The position numbers were made by a program, and so were the translations under genes. From Candidatus Geocrenenecus arthurdayi (GTDB taxonomy: Archaea; Thermoproteota; Nitrososphaeria_A; Caldarchaeales; Wolframiiraptoraceae), in NCBI GenBank assembly GCA_023539395.1, contig JAKCEX010000001.1, forward strand, positions 21,193 to 85,192: DNA of 64,000 nucleotides, given 5' to 3'. Below the pieces are notes generated by a model that had not been told where the DNA came from, did no database searches, and was given only the letters and a program-made list of their open reading frames with translations. Each line of letters opens with the position of its first letter. Position 1 is the first letter of the stretch. Below, piece by piece: positions 20,089 to 30,521 of the stretch.

Positions 20089-20266
20089 ATAGAAAACACC
20101 CCCAATATAGGAAAAACTTGTTTAGGTGCCCCAGCTTACGCCGGGGCAAAATAATAATAGCTCCAGAAGGCGAAGAAGACAATGGTAGTATTGTTTGAGA
20201 ATATCATCTTCTTCAGCTCCTGGAGCTTTGCTTACATTTGGATCAGGGTTCTAATTAAACTTTTCG
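20089..20266 (-). promoter_or_regulatory. BRE/TATA promoter and structured attenuator-like 5' leader
   Basis: CGAAAAG-TTTAATTA at 20266-20252; 25-bp stem 20227-20203/20183-20159; hairpin UGCCCCGGC-GUAA-GCUGGGGCA at 20148-20127 followed by a short U-run. Confidence 0.75.
20136..20207 (-). CDS. Putative leader peptide MIFSNNTTIVFFAFWSYYYFAPA
   Basis: ATG 20207 to TAA 20136, preceded by GGAG; 8 of codons 11-20 are Phe/Trp/Tyr; directly upstream of the aspartate/aromatic operon. Confidence 0.8.
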   Translation of the reverse strand: MIFSNNTTIVFFAFWSYYYFAPA

Positions 20267-20359
20267 TAATTGAGGAATCAATAGTTCTTCAATGGGTATT
20301 TTAGATATGCTTAATCTCGTTCGGTATGTCTTGTTGAAGTTAATAAGATAGTTGTATTT

Positions 20360-20569
20360 TTGAATTATTGCTGGTCTGCCTTGAGTACGGGTGCTTTGAG
20401 GTTCTTCAAGATCTTGATTAAAGCATTATGTATGATAGTTCTCGGTTTTTCATCATATTTCCTATATCTTGCTTTGACTCTGCCGTTAACATACCCTATA
20501 CTAAACGTTATTGTAGTAGCACTACTTCTAATGTTAGTAATCTTCAGTATCATGGCCTTACTGACATAA
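20360..20569 (+). CDS. Possible small two-TM hypothetical protein
   Basis: Hydrophobic ORF only; start uncertain. Confidence 0.35.
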   Translation: MNYCWSALSTGALRFFKILIKALCMIVLGFSSYFLYLALTLPLTYPILNVIVVALLLMLVIFSIMALLT

Positions 20570-20626
20570 CCTGCTAAATCTTCCCAATCTAGTATGAATC
20601 TATCTAGATGGGATAATGGAAGATTG

Positions 20627-21592
20627 TTATTCCTTGAGGACTTCTCTCCAGTCTGATTTTATCTTTACACCTCCTCTCTTTTCTTGAATATAATTATATG
20701 CAGATAGAGCTGCGATAGCTCCTTGAGCTGCAGAGATTACAGCTTGCTTATATGCTATGTTTGTTACATCTCCTGAGGCAAATACTCCTCTCCTACTTGT
20801 TGCACAGTATGAATCTATAATTATTTCTCCATTCTCATTTAATTCAACGAATCCCTTAATCCAATCTGTCTTCATCTCATATCCTAATTCAACAAATATA
20901 CCATCTACTTTTAGTTCTTTAATTGTTCTATCAGCTAAGCTTTCTAAGACTACCGATTCAAGTTTGTCGCCCCCTCTAACTTCTTTAACGATTGTTTCAG
21001 GTAATTCTTCAAATCTCTCAATACATTTTGCTGGAAGACTCCCCAGGTCAATCCTACTCTTACCTCTATGGACTAAGTATACTTTATTATCGTATTCGCA
21101 TAACAGATTGACTGCTTCGAAAGCTTGCGGTCCCCAGCCATACACTAATACTGTTTTCCCCCTATATAGTGGAGCATCACATACAGCACAGTAACTTACC
21201 CCTCTACCTTTGAATTTTTCTTCTCCAGGGACATTCATTTCTCTCGGAGTCTTCCCGAAGGCCAAGATTACAGCTTCACAGCTTAACTCGTATCCACCTC
21301 TAGTCTTTATGATAAACACTTGGTCGTCTCTCTCATCTATTTTAACTACTTCGTCAAATAAGATCTCTACGCCATATTGTTGAACTTGGTCTAGAATCTT
21401 TGATGCAAGCTCGTAACCTGAAATAGATTTGTATCCTGGATAATTCTCGATACTTGATGATAAAGTCATCTGTCCACCTACATCTTTAGTTATTATGAGT
21501 GTACTCATCTTCTGTCTAGATGCGTATAATGCTGCTGTAAGACCAGCTACTCCCCCTCCAACTATTATTATATCGTAATCAACGTATCTCAT
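20627..21592 (-). CDS. trxB: Thioredoxin reductase
   Basis: GGGVAG, IENYPG, GRGVSYCAVCD, GVFASGD, KQ. Confidence 0.93.
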   Translation of the reverse strand: MRYVDYDIIIVGGGVAGLTAALYASRQKMSTLIITKDVGGQMTLSSSIENYPGYKSISGYELASKILDQVQQYGVEILFDEVVKIDERDDQVFIIKTRGGYELSCEAVILAFGKTPREMNVPGEEKFKGRGVSYCAVCDAPLYRGKTVLVYGWGPQAFEAVNLLCEYDNKVYLVHRGKSRIDLGSLPAKCIERFEELPETIVKEVRGGDKLESVVLESLADRTIKELKVDGIFVELGYEMKTDWIKGFVELNENGEIIIDSYCATSRRGVFASGDVTNIAYKQAVISAAQGAIAALSAYNYIQEKRGGVKIKSDWREVLKE

Positions 21593-21699
21593 GCTATATA
21601 GCTTATCTATTGCTTTTTATAAGAATATCGACATTAATTAATAAGCATACAAATACAAAGTTTATCAGTAGCTTCTCTGTAAATTTCTCCACGTCAGAG

Positions 21700-22644
21700 A
21701 TGAAGATTATCGAAGTGTCTGCCCCAGCTACTATTGCTAATCTCGGACCAGGATTTGATATTGTTGGATTAGCTATAGAGAATTATAGAGACATAGTTAG
21801 GATAGAATTAACAGATGATGAATCAGTAACTCTTGAGGTAGTAAACAATACTGGAGTAGCTGTGGCATCTAAGCCTGAAGAGAATTCCGCTGTAGTCTCA
21901 GCATTAAGAGTCATGGAGTTTGCAGGGGTTAAGAGCGGATTTAAGATGAAGCTTATTAAGAATGTACCCATCGGTATAGGTCTAGGTAGCTCAGGTGCAT
22001 CTGCAGCTGCAGCAGCATACGCTATGAATATTCTCCTCGGGGGCAAGCTTCCAATGGAGATTCTAGTGAAATCTGCAGGCGAGGGTGAGAAGGTTGCATG
22101 CGGTTCACCGCATCTAGATAATGTGGCCCCCTCACTCTATGGTGGATTCACTATGATACTTGATGTGGATAAACCTGAGATATTCAATATTAAGCCATCA
22201 ATAGATTTCTCGATAGTATTGATTACTCCTAAAGTCAATTTACCAAGTAATAAGACTGAGTATGCTAGGAGCTTGCTTCCTAAGATGATCGACTTAGAAA
22301 CGATGGTTAAGCAGACTTCTAGCTTAACCCGCTTAATAACAGGTATAATAAAGGGAGACTTAAAAATGATAGGTGAAGCAATTAGTAGCGACTATGTAAT
22401 TGAGCCTGCTAGAAGTGTAATGATCCCAAGATTCTATGAAGTAAAAGAAGCTGCATTGAAAGCTGGAGCACTTGGATTCAGTTTAAGCGGTGCTGGACCA
22501 TCCGTATTTGCTCTAACCTATCCCGAAGATGCTGAAAATATACGTAGAGAAATCATAGAGAAATTTCATGAATACGGTGTAGAATCAGTTGGAATAATAG
22601 CTAAACCAACACCTATAGGTGCAAGAATAGAACAAACCGACTAA
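21700..22644 (+). CDS. thrB: Homoserine kinase
   Basis: PATIANLGPGFD, GLGSSGAS, HLDNVAP, LSGAGPS. Confidence 0.96.
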   Translation: MKIIEVSAPATIANLGPGFDIVGLAIENYRDIVRIELTDDESVTLEVVNNTGVAVASKPEENSAVVSALRVMEFAGVKSGFKMKLIKNVPIGIGLGSSGASAAAAAYAMNILLGGKLPMEILVKSAGEGEKVACGSPHLDNVAPSLYGGFTMILDVDKPEIFNIKPSIDFSIVLITPKVNLPSNKTEYARSLLPKMIDLETMVKQTSSLTRLITGIIKGDLKMIGEAISSDYVIEPARSVMIPRFYEVKEAALKAGALGFSLSGAGPSVFALTYPEDAENIRREIIEKFHEYGVESVGIIAKPTPIGARIEQTD

Positions 22645-22809
22645 GAGGAATATGTAAAAGATGATACTTACAGTGAAGTCAACATAAGTCTTTCTTCTAT
22701 ATAACCCAGTGGGATAATATATATGCTATGGGAAGCCAATAGGTAACATGAAAGATAATTCTTACCATCAGAGGTAAGTTTTTTAGAAATCGGTTTAACT
22801 TGATATAAG

Positions 22810-22881
22810 GGGCCGGTAGATTAGTGGGAGATCGCCCGCCTCGCACGCGGGAGGTCGCGGGTTCAAATCCCGCCCGGTCCA
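22810..22881 (+). tRNA. tRNA-Ala(CGC)
   Basis: GGGCCGG/CCGGTCC with G3:U70; CCCGC-CT-CGC-AC-GCGGG. Confidence 0.96.
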
Positions 22882-23078
22882 CTAAATAATTCTCTTAAGC
22901 GTGCTCATATTCTATTTCTCTAGTTTTATTATTATTGAGTTCACATACAAATTATGAGGTAGATGAAACTGTGGTTTCTCTTACCCCTTCAATATAGTAG
23001 TTATGTATATTTGTGCTAAAGTTATTGATATTATACTTTATGGAAAAGCTTAAACCCTCTAACAACGAATTTATAATT

Positions 23079-24581
23079 ATGAAAAAGAGACTTTTTAGTG
23101 AACCACTCAGGAAAGATGAAATTTTCAAGAAGTTAAGAGAGTATTCTATTGATGATGCAGACCCTCTTAGTGGAAGATTATTCACTATAGCTTTTGAAAC
23201 TGGATTGGACGAGCTTAAGAATATAGCGTATGAGGCTTTCAGAGTATTCATGGATAAGAATATGTTGGATTTCACAGAGTTTCCAAGCGCTATTAGGATG
23301 GAGAAAGATATTGTAGATACAGCAATCTCTTTAATGAATGGAGATGAGCATGTAGTTGGAACATATACTTTCGGGGGGACGGAAAGCGTCTTCTTAGCTG
23401 TAAAAGCTGCTAGAGATAAATTCATACTTGATAAAGGGTTCATAACGCTTCCAGAGATAGTTATGCCTGTTACAGCACATCCATGTTATGATAAAGCTGC
23501 TGAATACATGGGTCTAAGAGTTAAGAGGGTTAGAGTAGATACTGAAACATACAGAGCAGATATAGATTCAGTTAATGAAGCAGTAACTGAGAATACTGCA
23601 TTAATCGTAGGGTCAGCACCCAACTGGCCATTTGGAACAATAGACCCAATTAAAGAATTAGCTGAGATCGCTTTAGATAAGAATATATGGCTTCATGTAG
23701 ATGCATGTGTAGGAGGATTTATCCTACCATTCATGAAGAAACTGGGAGAAAATATACCCGACTTCGATTTTAAAATTGAAGGTGTTTCATCCATCTCCCT
23801 AGACCCACATAAGTATGCGTACTCTCCTATAGGATCCTCAGTAGTACTATTTAGGAAAGAATTCTATAAGATGTTTTCTCAGTATGCAAACTTAAAGTGG
23901 CCTGGATATCCTATCGTAAACCCTGCTGTCTTATCTTCTAGGTCAGAAGGACCATTAGCAGCAGCATGGGCTGTTCTCCACTTCCTCGGAGAGAAAGGAT
24001 ACTTAGAACTGGCTAATAAGGTAATAGTGGCTAGGAATAAAATATGTAGAGGACTGAAGGATGTAGGTTATAGGGTAATGGGCGACCCAACGGTTATAGT
24101 TGCATTTACATCTGATATGGTTAACTTATTCAAGTTGTCTGATGAAATGGTGAAGAAAGGATGGTACTTCTTAGCTCAGAGAGGGATATCAGAGATGGGT
24201 ATTCCTCCAAGTATACATCTTACAATTACACCTATACATGAAAGTGTTGTTGACAGTATGTTGAAAGACTTAGAAGAATGTACTTCAGAACTGCAGAAGA
24301 TTCCTCCAAGCGATATTGAAGGAGTAGTAGAGAGTCTAGGACTTATTATGAGCTTGATAACACCTGAAGAAATGGATATATCAACGCTTAGTAAACTTCT
24401 GAAAGAAGCAGAAAAGTATCTAGAGATATATGGTCCGAAGTTACTAGAAGCATTCGGTCTAGATAAAGGCTTACCGAAAGAAATGGCTTTAATAAACCAG
24501 GTATTCAACTCACTGCCTCCAAGTATTACAGAGCTATTAGTAAACTACATCGTAATCCAATTATTCAAAAGAGGAGTATAA
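23079..24581 (+). CDS. Group II PLP-dependent decarboxylase / sphingosine-1-phosphate lyase-like
   Basis: TFGGTES, AH..DKAA, GSAP.WPFG.IDP, LHVDACVGG, SLDPHKY. Confidence 0.85.
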   Translation: MKKRLFSEPLRKDEIFKKLREYSIDDADPLSGRLFTIAFETGLDELKNIAYEAFRVFMDKNMLDFTEFPSAIRMEKDIVDTAISLMNGDEHVVGTYTFGGTESVFLAVKAARDKFILDKGFITLPEIVMPVTAHPCYDKAAEYMGLRVKRVRVDTETYRADIDSVNEAVTENTALIVGSAPNWPFGTIDPIKELAEIALDKNIWLHVDACVGGFILPFMKKLGENIPDFDFKIEGVSSISLDPHKYAYSPIGSSVVLFRKEFYKMFSQYANLKWPGYPIVNPAVLSSRSEGPLAAAWAVLHFLGEKGYLELANKVIVARNKICRGLKDVGYRVMGDPTVIVAFTSDMVNLFKLSDEMVKKGWYFLAQRGISEMGIPPSIHLTITPIHESVVDSMLKDLEECTSELQKIPPSDIEGVVESLGLIMSLITPEEMDISTLSKLLKEAEKYLEIYGPKLLEAFGLDKGLPKEMALINQVFNSLPPSITELLVNYIVIQLFKRGV

Positions 24582-24643
24582 ACTATGTAATAGACTACAC
24601 ATATACATACCTCTCTTTTTTGTCTTGAAAAAGCCATCCGGGA

Positions 24644-26038
24644 TTATTTTCTCGGTTTCTTTCTCGGCTTCTTCTTAGTTTTCATAATTATGACTGCAGC
24701 TATGATTGGTATTAGTAGGAGAAGTGAGCTAGCTATCAAGTATAAATCAGTTAATTCAATTGGAGGTGGAGATGCAGTAGGGGGACTGGATATAGATGCT
24801 GTCTTTGCCTCTTCTTCTCTGTATTGTGTAGGGATCTTCTCACTTACACCAATGTTATTGACTTGGTCTATAGCTACAACATACACTTCTGCTTCTTCAC
24901 CTGGCTTCAGTTGAAATTCAGATACGTAGATATCTCTATCTACTATGTAGTTCATATCGTATGTTCTATTATCTGCTATGAGATGCGGGATTTTACTTTT
25001 CACAGTAACGATTAACGTTGCTCTAATAGGTTCATTATCTGGGTCATATATCTTTGCAGAAGCTTTGAATAATCCTCCTCCCTCAGGCTCAATCACTATA
25101 CTCTTTACTATTGGAGGCCTGGAGAGCCAAACCCATCCAATCTTTCTTGTATTTATCTCAGTAAACCATATTCTATCTTTATCCAATACATCGCCAAATA
25201 TTCTTCCTCCCACTCTTACTTCGCTTATACTATCTCCATCGATCTCTCCAATAGCCCATCTTGCTCTAGCAACATATATTATCCTCCCATCGGAGAGCAT
25301 GTACAGCCCTATATCAATCGTGCTACCTCTCTCTAAGCTCCATCTTCTCTCAATCTTTAAATTTCCTGAAACTCTATATAGCCTATCATCAGTAGATGCT
25401 AGAAGCAAATTATTATTAAAAGCTTTTAATGCAAGTATTCTTTCATCAATTCTTAGATAATGTTTCTCATTTTTACCTAGATCTATTTTTGCAAGCGTAT
25501 ATCCATCGGACTGCACAACATAAAGAAAACCATCATCAAGAGATATTTTCCCTAATCCATGATCAACATTAATCTCTATTCTTAATAACTCATTTAAGCT
25601 CACCGCGTCAAATACTATTACTAAGCTCTTATCAGGTAGGGAAACTGATATGTATTTAGATGAAGAATCAAGGTCGCCTGGAAGACCTGGTAATTCTATC
25701 TCCTCAATATCTCCTCCTGATATATTGTATACATAAAGTTTACTTCTTGTTGAAGTGGCCATGAAGATCTTCTGGTTCGATACCGCGATATCGAATACCT
25801 CTTTGGGAGCTTTTAAGACTTTCATTGACCCGTCTACTTTACTTATAAATATTAAACTACTCTCTACAGGATCATACACAACTAGTTTATCGTCAACTAT
25901 TGTAATAAGCGATGGAGTAAATTCTGGGTGAGTAAGATAGTTAGGCTGAGAGATAGCTGAAACCTCTAAGATAGAATAAGTGAGAGATAAGGTAAGAATG
26001 CATGCCATGAGGGGCAGGATCCTTTCCTTTCCACCCAT
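24644..26038 (-). CDS. Secreted beta-propeller-like surface protein with C-terminal TM anchor
   Basis: Signal-like N-terminus, repeated beta-strand blades, S/P/T linker, TM and basic tail KKKPRKKPRK. Confidence 0.65.
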   Translation of the reverse strand: MGGKERILPLMACILTLSLTYSILEVSAISQPNYLTHPEFTPSLITIVDDKLVVYDPVESSLIFISKVDGSMKVLKAPKEVFDIAVSNQKIFMATSTRSKLYVYNISGGDIEEIELPGLPGDLDSSSKYISVSLPDKSLVIVFDAVSLNELLRIEINVDHGLGKISLDDGFLYVVQSDGYTLAKIDLGKNEKHYLRIDERILALKAFNNNLLLASTDDRLYRVSGNLKIERRWSLERGSTIDIGLYMLSDGRIIYVARARWAIGEIDGDSISEVRVGGRIFGDVLDKDRIWFTEINTRKIGWVWLSRPPIVKSIVIEPEGGGLFKASAKIYDPDNEPIRATLIVTVKSKIPHLIADNRTYDMNYIVDRDIYVSEFQLKPGEEAEVYVVAIDQVNNIGVSEKIPTQYREEEAKTASISSPPTASPPPIELTDLYLIASSLLLLIPIIAAVIIMKTKKKPRKKPRK

Positions 26039-26304
26039 CTTATGCCTTAGCAAAAGCTCAAGATGCATCATTAATTATCGTCACACCTATGAGTATGCTA
26101 ATATTCCTAATATAAATACTAAAAACTAGGAATCTCAAATTTTCCCATAGTAGCGATGATGGTAGAAGCCTAGACATTCGATTAAGAATGTAGTAATTAA
26201 GATAGCATGAAATCTTAACAATGCTTACCATCCACCTATACAAGAGGCTGCAAAGCATGAGATTTAGGTTATAAGATTCTTTTACATTGTTTTGTCTAGA
26301 GATA

Positions 26305-27843
26305 ATGGGGTTAAGAATAGTTGTTGTAGATTTTGGTGGGCAGTATACACATCTTATAGCGAGGAGAGTTAGAGAGCTTGGAGTCTACTCAGAAATAGTA
26401 GAGCCCGAAAGTCTCCGAGAAGCTTTAGAGAAAGGAGGTGTAGGTGGAATAATACTGTCAGGTGGACCTAAAGCAGTTCTAGAAGCTGGTGCTCCAACAA
26501 TCAACTTAAATTACCTCTCCAGGCTTGATATACCTATCCTCGGGATATGTTATGGACACCAACTGATGGCCAAAGAGTTTGGAGGAGAATTAGCAAGAAG
26601 TTCTTATAGAGAGTATGGTAGAATGAAGGTGAGAGTAATTCATGAAGATGAGCTCTTTCGAGGATTACCTAGTAGCTTCTGGGTCTGGATGAGCCATTGG
26701 GATACAGTTATTAAGCCTCCAGAAGGATGGATTGCTACAAGTATAAGTGAGAAAGGTATCATAACATCGATGAGCGATGGTAAGAGATTCTACTCTACCC
26801 AATTCCATCCAGAAGTCTCTCATACAGAATATGGGTCCAAGATCTTGGAGAATTTCCTTAGAAAGATATGTAAGATAAACCCTTGGTGGAGTCCTGGAGA
26901 CCAAGTATCAAGGATAATCGAAGAAATAAGAAATACTGTTGGAGAAGATGAGAGAGTGATTTGCGCAGTAAGTGGTGGGGTAGATTCAGTTACAACTGCT
27001 GTACTAGTCTCTAAAGCGGTAGGTGAGAGACTCTACAGCATATTTATTGATACTGGTCTATTAAGGAAGAATGAGAGGGAAAACGTAGAGAATACTTTGA
27101 GGAATCTCGGAATTAAGAACTTGATAGTAGTAGATGCTGCAGGTAGATTCTTAGAAAAACTTAAGGGTGTGAGAGACCCTGAAGAGAAGAGGAAGATTAT
27201 AGGAGAAGAATTCATAAGAGTCTTCGAAGAAGTCTCATCTAAAATAGAGAATGTTAGATGGTTAGCTCAAGGAACAATATATCCTGATAGAGTAGAGAGT
27301 GGGAAAGCTAGCAGGCACTCAGCATTAATAAAATCACATCACAATGTTGGTGGATTACCAGAGAAGATGTCTCTAAAGATTCTAGAGCCTCTGAGAGACT
27401 TCTATAAAGATGAAGTAAGAGCAATCGCTAAAAAATTAGGTATACCTAGAGAGATCTGGGCTAGACACCCATTTCCTGGACCTGGTCTTGCAGTAAGGAT
27501 TATAGGAGAAGTAAATGAAGAGAAGCTTAAGATATGTAGAGACGCCTCCGCTATAATTGAAGAAGAATTAATGAAGTCAGGGGTTTACGATATGGTATGG
27601 CAGGCATTCGCAGTAGTTGGAGATGATAGATGGATTGGTGTAATGGGTGATGATAGAATAGAAGGATACATAGTAACGATTAGGATAGTAGAGAGTATAG
27701 ATGGAATGACTGCAGACTGGCATAGAATAGACTATGAAATAATTGATAGAATTAGCCGAAGAATCACCAACGAAGTCTTCAAAGTCACCATGGTAACCTA
27801 CGCAGTATCTTCAAAACCCCCCTCAACCATTGAACCCTGCTAA
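26305..27843 (+). CDS. guaA: GMP synthase (fused GATase and ATP-PPase)
   Basis: DFGGQY, LGICYGHQ, QFHPEV, SGGVDS, KSHHNVGG, PFPGPGL, SKPP.TIE. Confidence 0.97.
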   Translation: MGLRIVVVDFGGQYTHLIARRVRELGVYSEIVEPESLREALEKGGVGGIILSGGPKAVLEAGAPTINLNYLSRLDIPILGICYGHQLMAKEFGGELARSSYREYGRMKVRVIHEDELFRGLPSSFWVWMSHWDTVIKPPEGWIATSISEKGIITSMSDGKRFYSTQFHPEVSHTEYGSKILENFLRKICKINPWWSPGDQVSRIIEEIRNTVGEDERVICAVSGGVDSVTTAVLVSKAVGERLYSIFIDTGLLRKNERENVENTLRNLGIKNLIVVDAAGRFLEKLKGVRDPEEKRKIIGEEFIRVFEEVSSKIENVRWLAQGTIYPDRVESGKASRHSALIKSHHNVGGLPEKMSLKILEPLRDFYKDEVRAIAKKLGIPREIWARHPFPGPGLAVRIIGEVNEEKLKICRDASAIIEEELMKSGVYDMVWQAFAVVGDDRWIGVMGDDRIEGYIVTIRIVESIDGMTADWHRIDYEIIDRISRRITNEVFKVTMVTYAVSSKPPSTIEPC

Positions 27844-27981
27844 AGCTCTCAACCCATCTCTCTCCAAGTTATAGGTATCCTCACTATAATGTTAGCCACA
27901 GATTTAGTAAATGTCTAGCATACTGTCGTGTTCTCCCAGCTGAGTTCATATCTCTCTTAAGGGTATTTTTCGATATCACAA

Positions 27982-28195
27982 GATCTATCAACTAGTCAAT
28001 ACCCTCGGTTTTTATTGTTATTTGTAGGTTTCATATTGTTCCTATTAATGATGCCTAGTCTTCTATCAATTGTGTTTCTAAGCATTAATATTGTTATAGC
28101 ATCTTTCTGTCTTCTGTTCTCAGGTGTCCAAAGAATTTCTTGATAACGTCACTCCTACTAAACCTTTCATGAATGTATTCTAGCCTAAGCCCATT
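27982..28195 (-). mobile_element. IS6-family transposase C-terminal relic
   Basis: Broken frame LEYIHERF...KKFFGHL/QKTERCYNNINA, homologous to 54780-54938; degenerate right end TGATAGATC. Confidence 0.65.
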
Positions 28196-28293
28196 TAATT
28201 CATAAAGATACATTAACCTATAATGTTTAGTGGATCGTTTAATAGGAAAAGATATAATAGTGAGGGTAAAGATTCCCTATAGGTGCTTCTCGA

Positions 28294-29367
28294 TTGAGCC
28301 TACCTGAAAATGTTGTAAAGAATATCTTAGGGATTAAGAAGAAATATTTTGAATATAGAAGTAGTAGGGAAGGTGAAGAATTTGAGAGAGAAAGGAGGAA
28401 ACATGAAGGAGAAGTTAAGAAGATACTTAGCAGGGAAGTATTGAGGAATCTTGATGAAACGAGTCTTCTAACATTAGCTAATAATCTTTATGCATTTATG
28501 TGGTGGACTAAGAAAGAATGGTTAGTGGATTATTGGATCAAAGGAGCTGGTGGAATTGAAAAGTTAAGAGAGAGCCTTGAAAAGTTACTCTATTCAGATC
28601 GTAGTCTAGTTGATAGATTTGACTCATTTCGCAAAAATGTTAAGGGAGTTGGTGTAGCAATGATTACTGAAATGCTGGCGTACTTTAACCCAAAAATATA
28701 CGGGATATGGAATAAGAAAGTCAAGAAGGCTTTACTAAAGCTGGGAATAACTCAAACCGGAGAATCATTCAATATCAACAAGATAAGCATTAATAAGCTT
28801 ACTGGAGAACAATATGAGGCAATAATAGAAACACTTAAAGAAATAGCCAAACTATTAAGAGATGATAAATATCTTCCAGATCCAGACTTACTTGATGTAC
28901 ACTACTTCCTATTCTATTTTACAGAAATTTTAACTCCTGAAGGTGATTCTGAGGATGAGGAATACGGCCATGAAGATGTTGTTAATATGATACTAGAGAT
29001 CGGGAAGGGGCTGGGCTTCGATGTTTTAAGAGAAGTTCCATTAGCAATCGGAACAAGAGTAGATGCTATATGGTCTGCGAGGATAGGTAATCTAGGAGAA
29101 TTAAAGTATGTATTTGAAGTTCATATTAAAGGTGATATCAACTCACTCTTAGTTAACTTGATGAAGGCCTCTCAAGATCCTACTGTTCAGAAAATTGTAG
29201 CAGTAGCAGTTGAGAATGAACTAGAAAGAATAAAGAGAGAAGCTTCTACTCTCAGGGCACTTTCAGATAAAATGTTATACTGGGATATTCGAGAAGTCAG
29301 TAAAGTCCATGAATTAATTGAAGAATTAATGAGTATTATGCAGAGACTTGGTCTAACTAAGATTTGA
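28294..29367 (+). CDS. Hypothetical protein, putative restriction endonuclease (C-terminal PD-(D/E)XK-like)
   Basis: N-domain KGVG...TEMLAYFNP..Y.IWN; C-domain RVDAIW...YVFEVH. Confidence 0.55.
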   Translation: MSLPENVVKNILGIKKKYFEYRSSREGEEFERERRKHEGEVKKILSREVLRNLDETSLLTLANNLYAFMWWTKKEWLVDYWIKGAGGIEKLRESLEKLLYSDRSLVDRFDSFRKNVKGVGVAMITEMLAYFNPKIYGIWNKKVKKALLKLGITQTGESFNINKISINKLTGEQYEAIIETLKEIAKLLRDDKYLPDPDLLDVHYFLFYFTEILTPEGDSEDEEYGHEDVVNMILEIGKGLGFDVLREVPLAIGTRVDAIWSARIGNLGELKYVFEVHIKGDINSLLVNLMKASQDPTVQKIVAVAVENELERIKREASTLRALSDKMLYWDIREVSKVHELIEELMSIMQRLGLTKI

Positions 29368-29384
29368 ATAAAGCCTAGTCTTTT

Positions 29385-30521
29385 TCATCCGATTACTAGT
29401 TTTTCTTGGATTAGTTTATTTTCTCTGAATCTTGTTGGTAGGAATGGTTTCATCAGTTCAGGTATTTTCCCTGTTAGTATGTTTTCTGCTAGTAGTTCTC
29501 CTACTAGTGGAGCCATCATGAATCCATGTCCACTGTATCCGTAAGCTACGTATAGTCCTTCAGGCCATTCTGGTCCTCTACCCATAATATGGCTATTATC
29601 AGCAGACATCATGTAGTAGCCTGCCCAAGTCCTCATTACTCTAGCATTCTTGAGGATAGGAATCCTCTTGGTTATTGCTCTAGCCCATTTAATTACGAAT
29701 TCAAGCTTAGTCTCTAATTTTATTAATCCTGGTGGAGTTGGATAATCTATGGAGCCTAGGATCTCTCCTTTAAGAGTTTGACCTACATAAGCTCCTGAGC
29801 CCATATCTATGATTAGGGGGTCGATAAAGTAATGGTATGGCTCAGTCAGGCAGACTTCTTTCCTTAATGGTTCTGTAGGAAGATGTATACCTATTTTCTC
29901 TAGTAATTCATTAGTCCAAGCACCAGCTGCCAGAACTACAACGTCTACATCTACTAATCCGCTCATAGTCTTTAATTGTTTAACTTTGTTATCTGAAACA
30001 ATTATCTCATTTACAGGAGTGAATTCGTGGAATATTACTCCGAGCTTTTTTGCTAGGGAATAGTATCCGAAGCAGACATAATCATGGTGTAAACTACCAT
30101 CTTGCGGTCCATAGAAGCCTCCTAGAACATCATCAACATTTATGTATGGATATCTTTCTCTAATATCCTCAGGCTCCAAGAAGATTCCCTGAACACCAAG
30201 CTTACTCCACATCTTGTTAGTTTCTTTAAATCTCTCTATTTGATGCTCATTAAATAGAAGCCATAGGTATCCCCCACGATATATTATCGGGTTCCACTCC
30301 ATTTTACCTGCAAGCTTCTCAAGTCTCTTAATAGATTCTATGGCGAATCTACTATTCTCCTCTGTCCAGAAGTGTACTCGGAATCTAGCCCCAGACCTCG
30401 TACTCGACCCATACATTATCCAATTCTTTTCAAATAAATGTATCTCTCCAGCACTTCTTACAGCTAGGTTATAAGCTATTGATAATCCACTTACTCCTCC
30501 ACCTACAATTGCAATCTTCAT
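29385..30521 (-). CDS. FAD-dependent dehydrogenase beta subunit (dye-linked L-proline dehydrogenase / sarcosine oxidase beta)
   Basis: GGGVSG, GSSTRSG, LAAGAW, WAGYY, GYSGHGFM. Confidence 0.88.
   Translation of the reverse strand: MKIAIVGGGVSGLSIAYNLAVRSAGEIHLFEKNWIMYGSSTRSGARFRVHFWTEENSRFAIESIKRLEKLAGKMEWNPIIYRGGYLWLLFNEHQIERFKETNKMWSKLGVQGIFLEPEDIRERYPYINVDDVLGGFYGPQDGSLHHDYVCFGYYSLAKKLGVIFHEFTPVNEIIVSDNKVKQLKTMSGLVDVDVVVLAAGAWTNELLEKIGIHLPTEPLRKEVCLTEPYHYFIDPLIIDMGSGAYVGQTLKGEILGSIDYPTPPGLIKLETKLEFVIKWARAITKRIPILKNARVMRTWAGYYMMSADNSHIMGRGPEWPEGLYVAYGYSGHGFMMAPLVGELLAENILTGKIPELMKPFLPTRFRENKLIQEKLVIG

Noticed and set aside
23027..23056. Partial resemblance to the dsr palindrome (CTTTATGGAAAAG before TTAAA)
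   Set aside because: The left half does not match; explained by an ordinary BRE/TATA.
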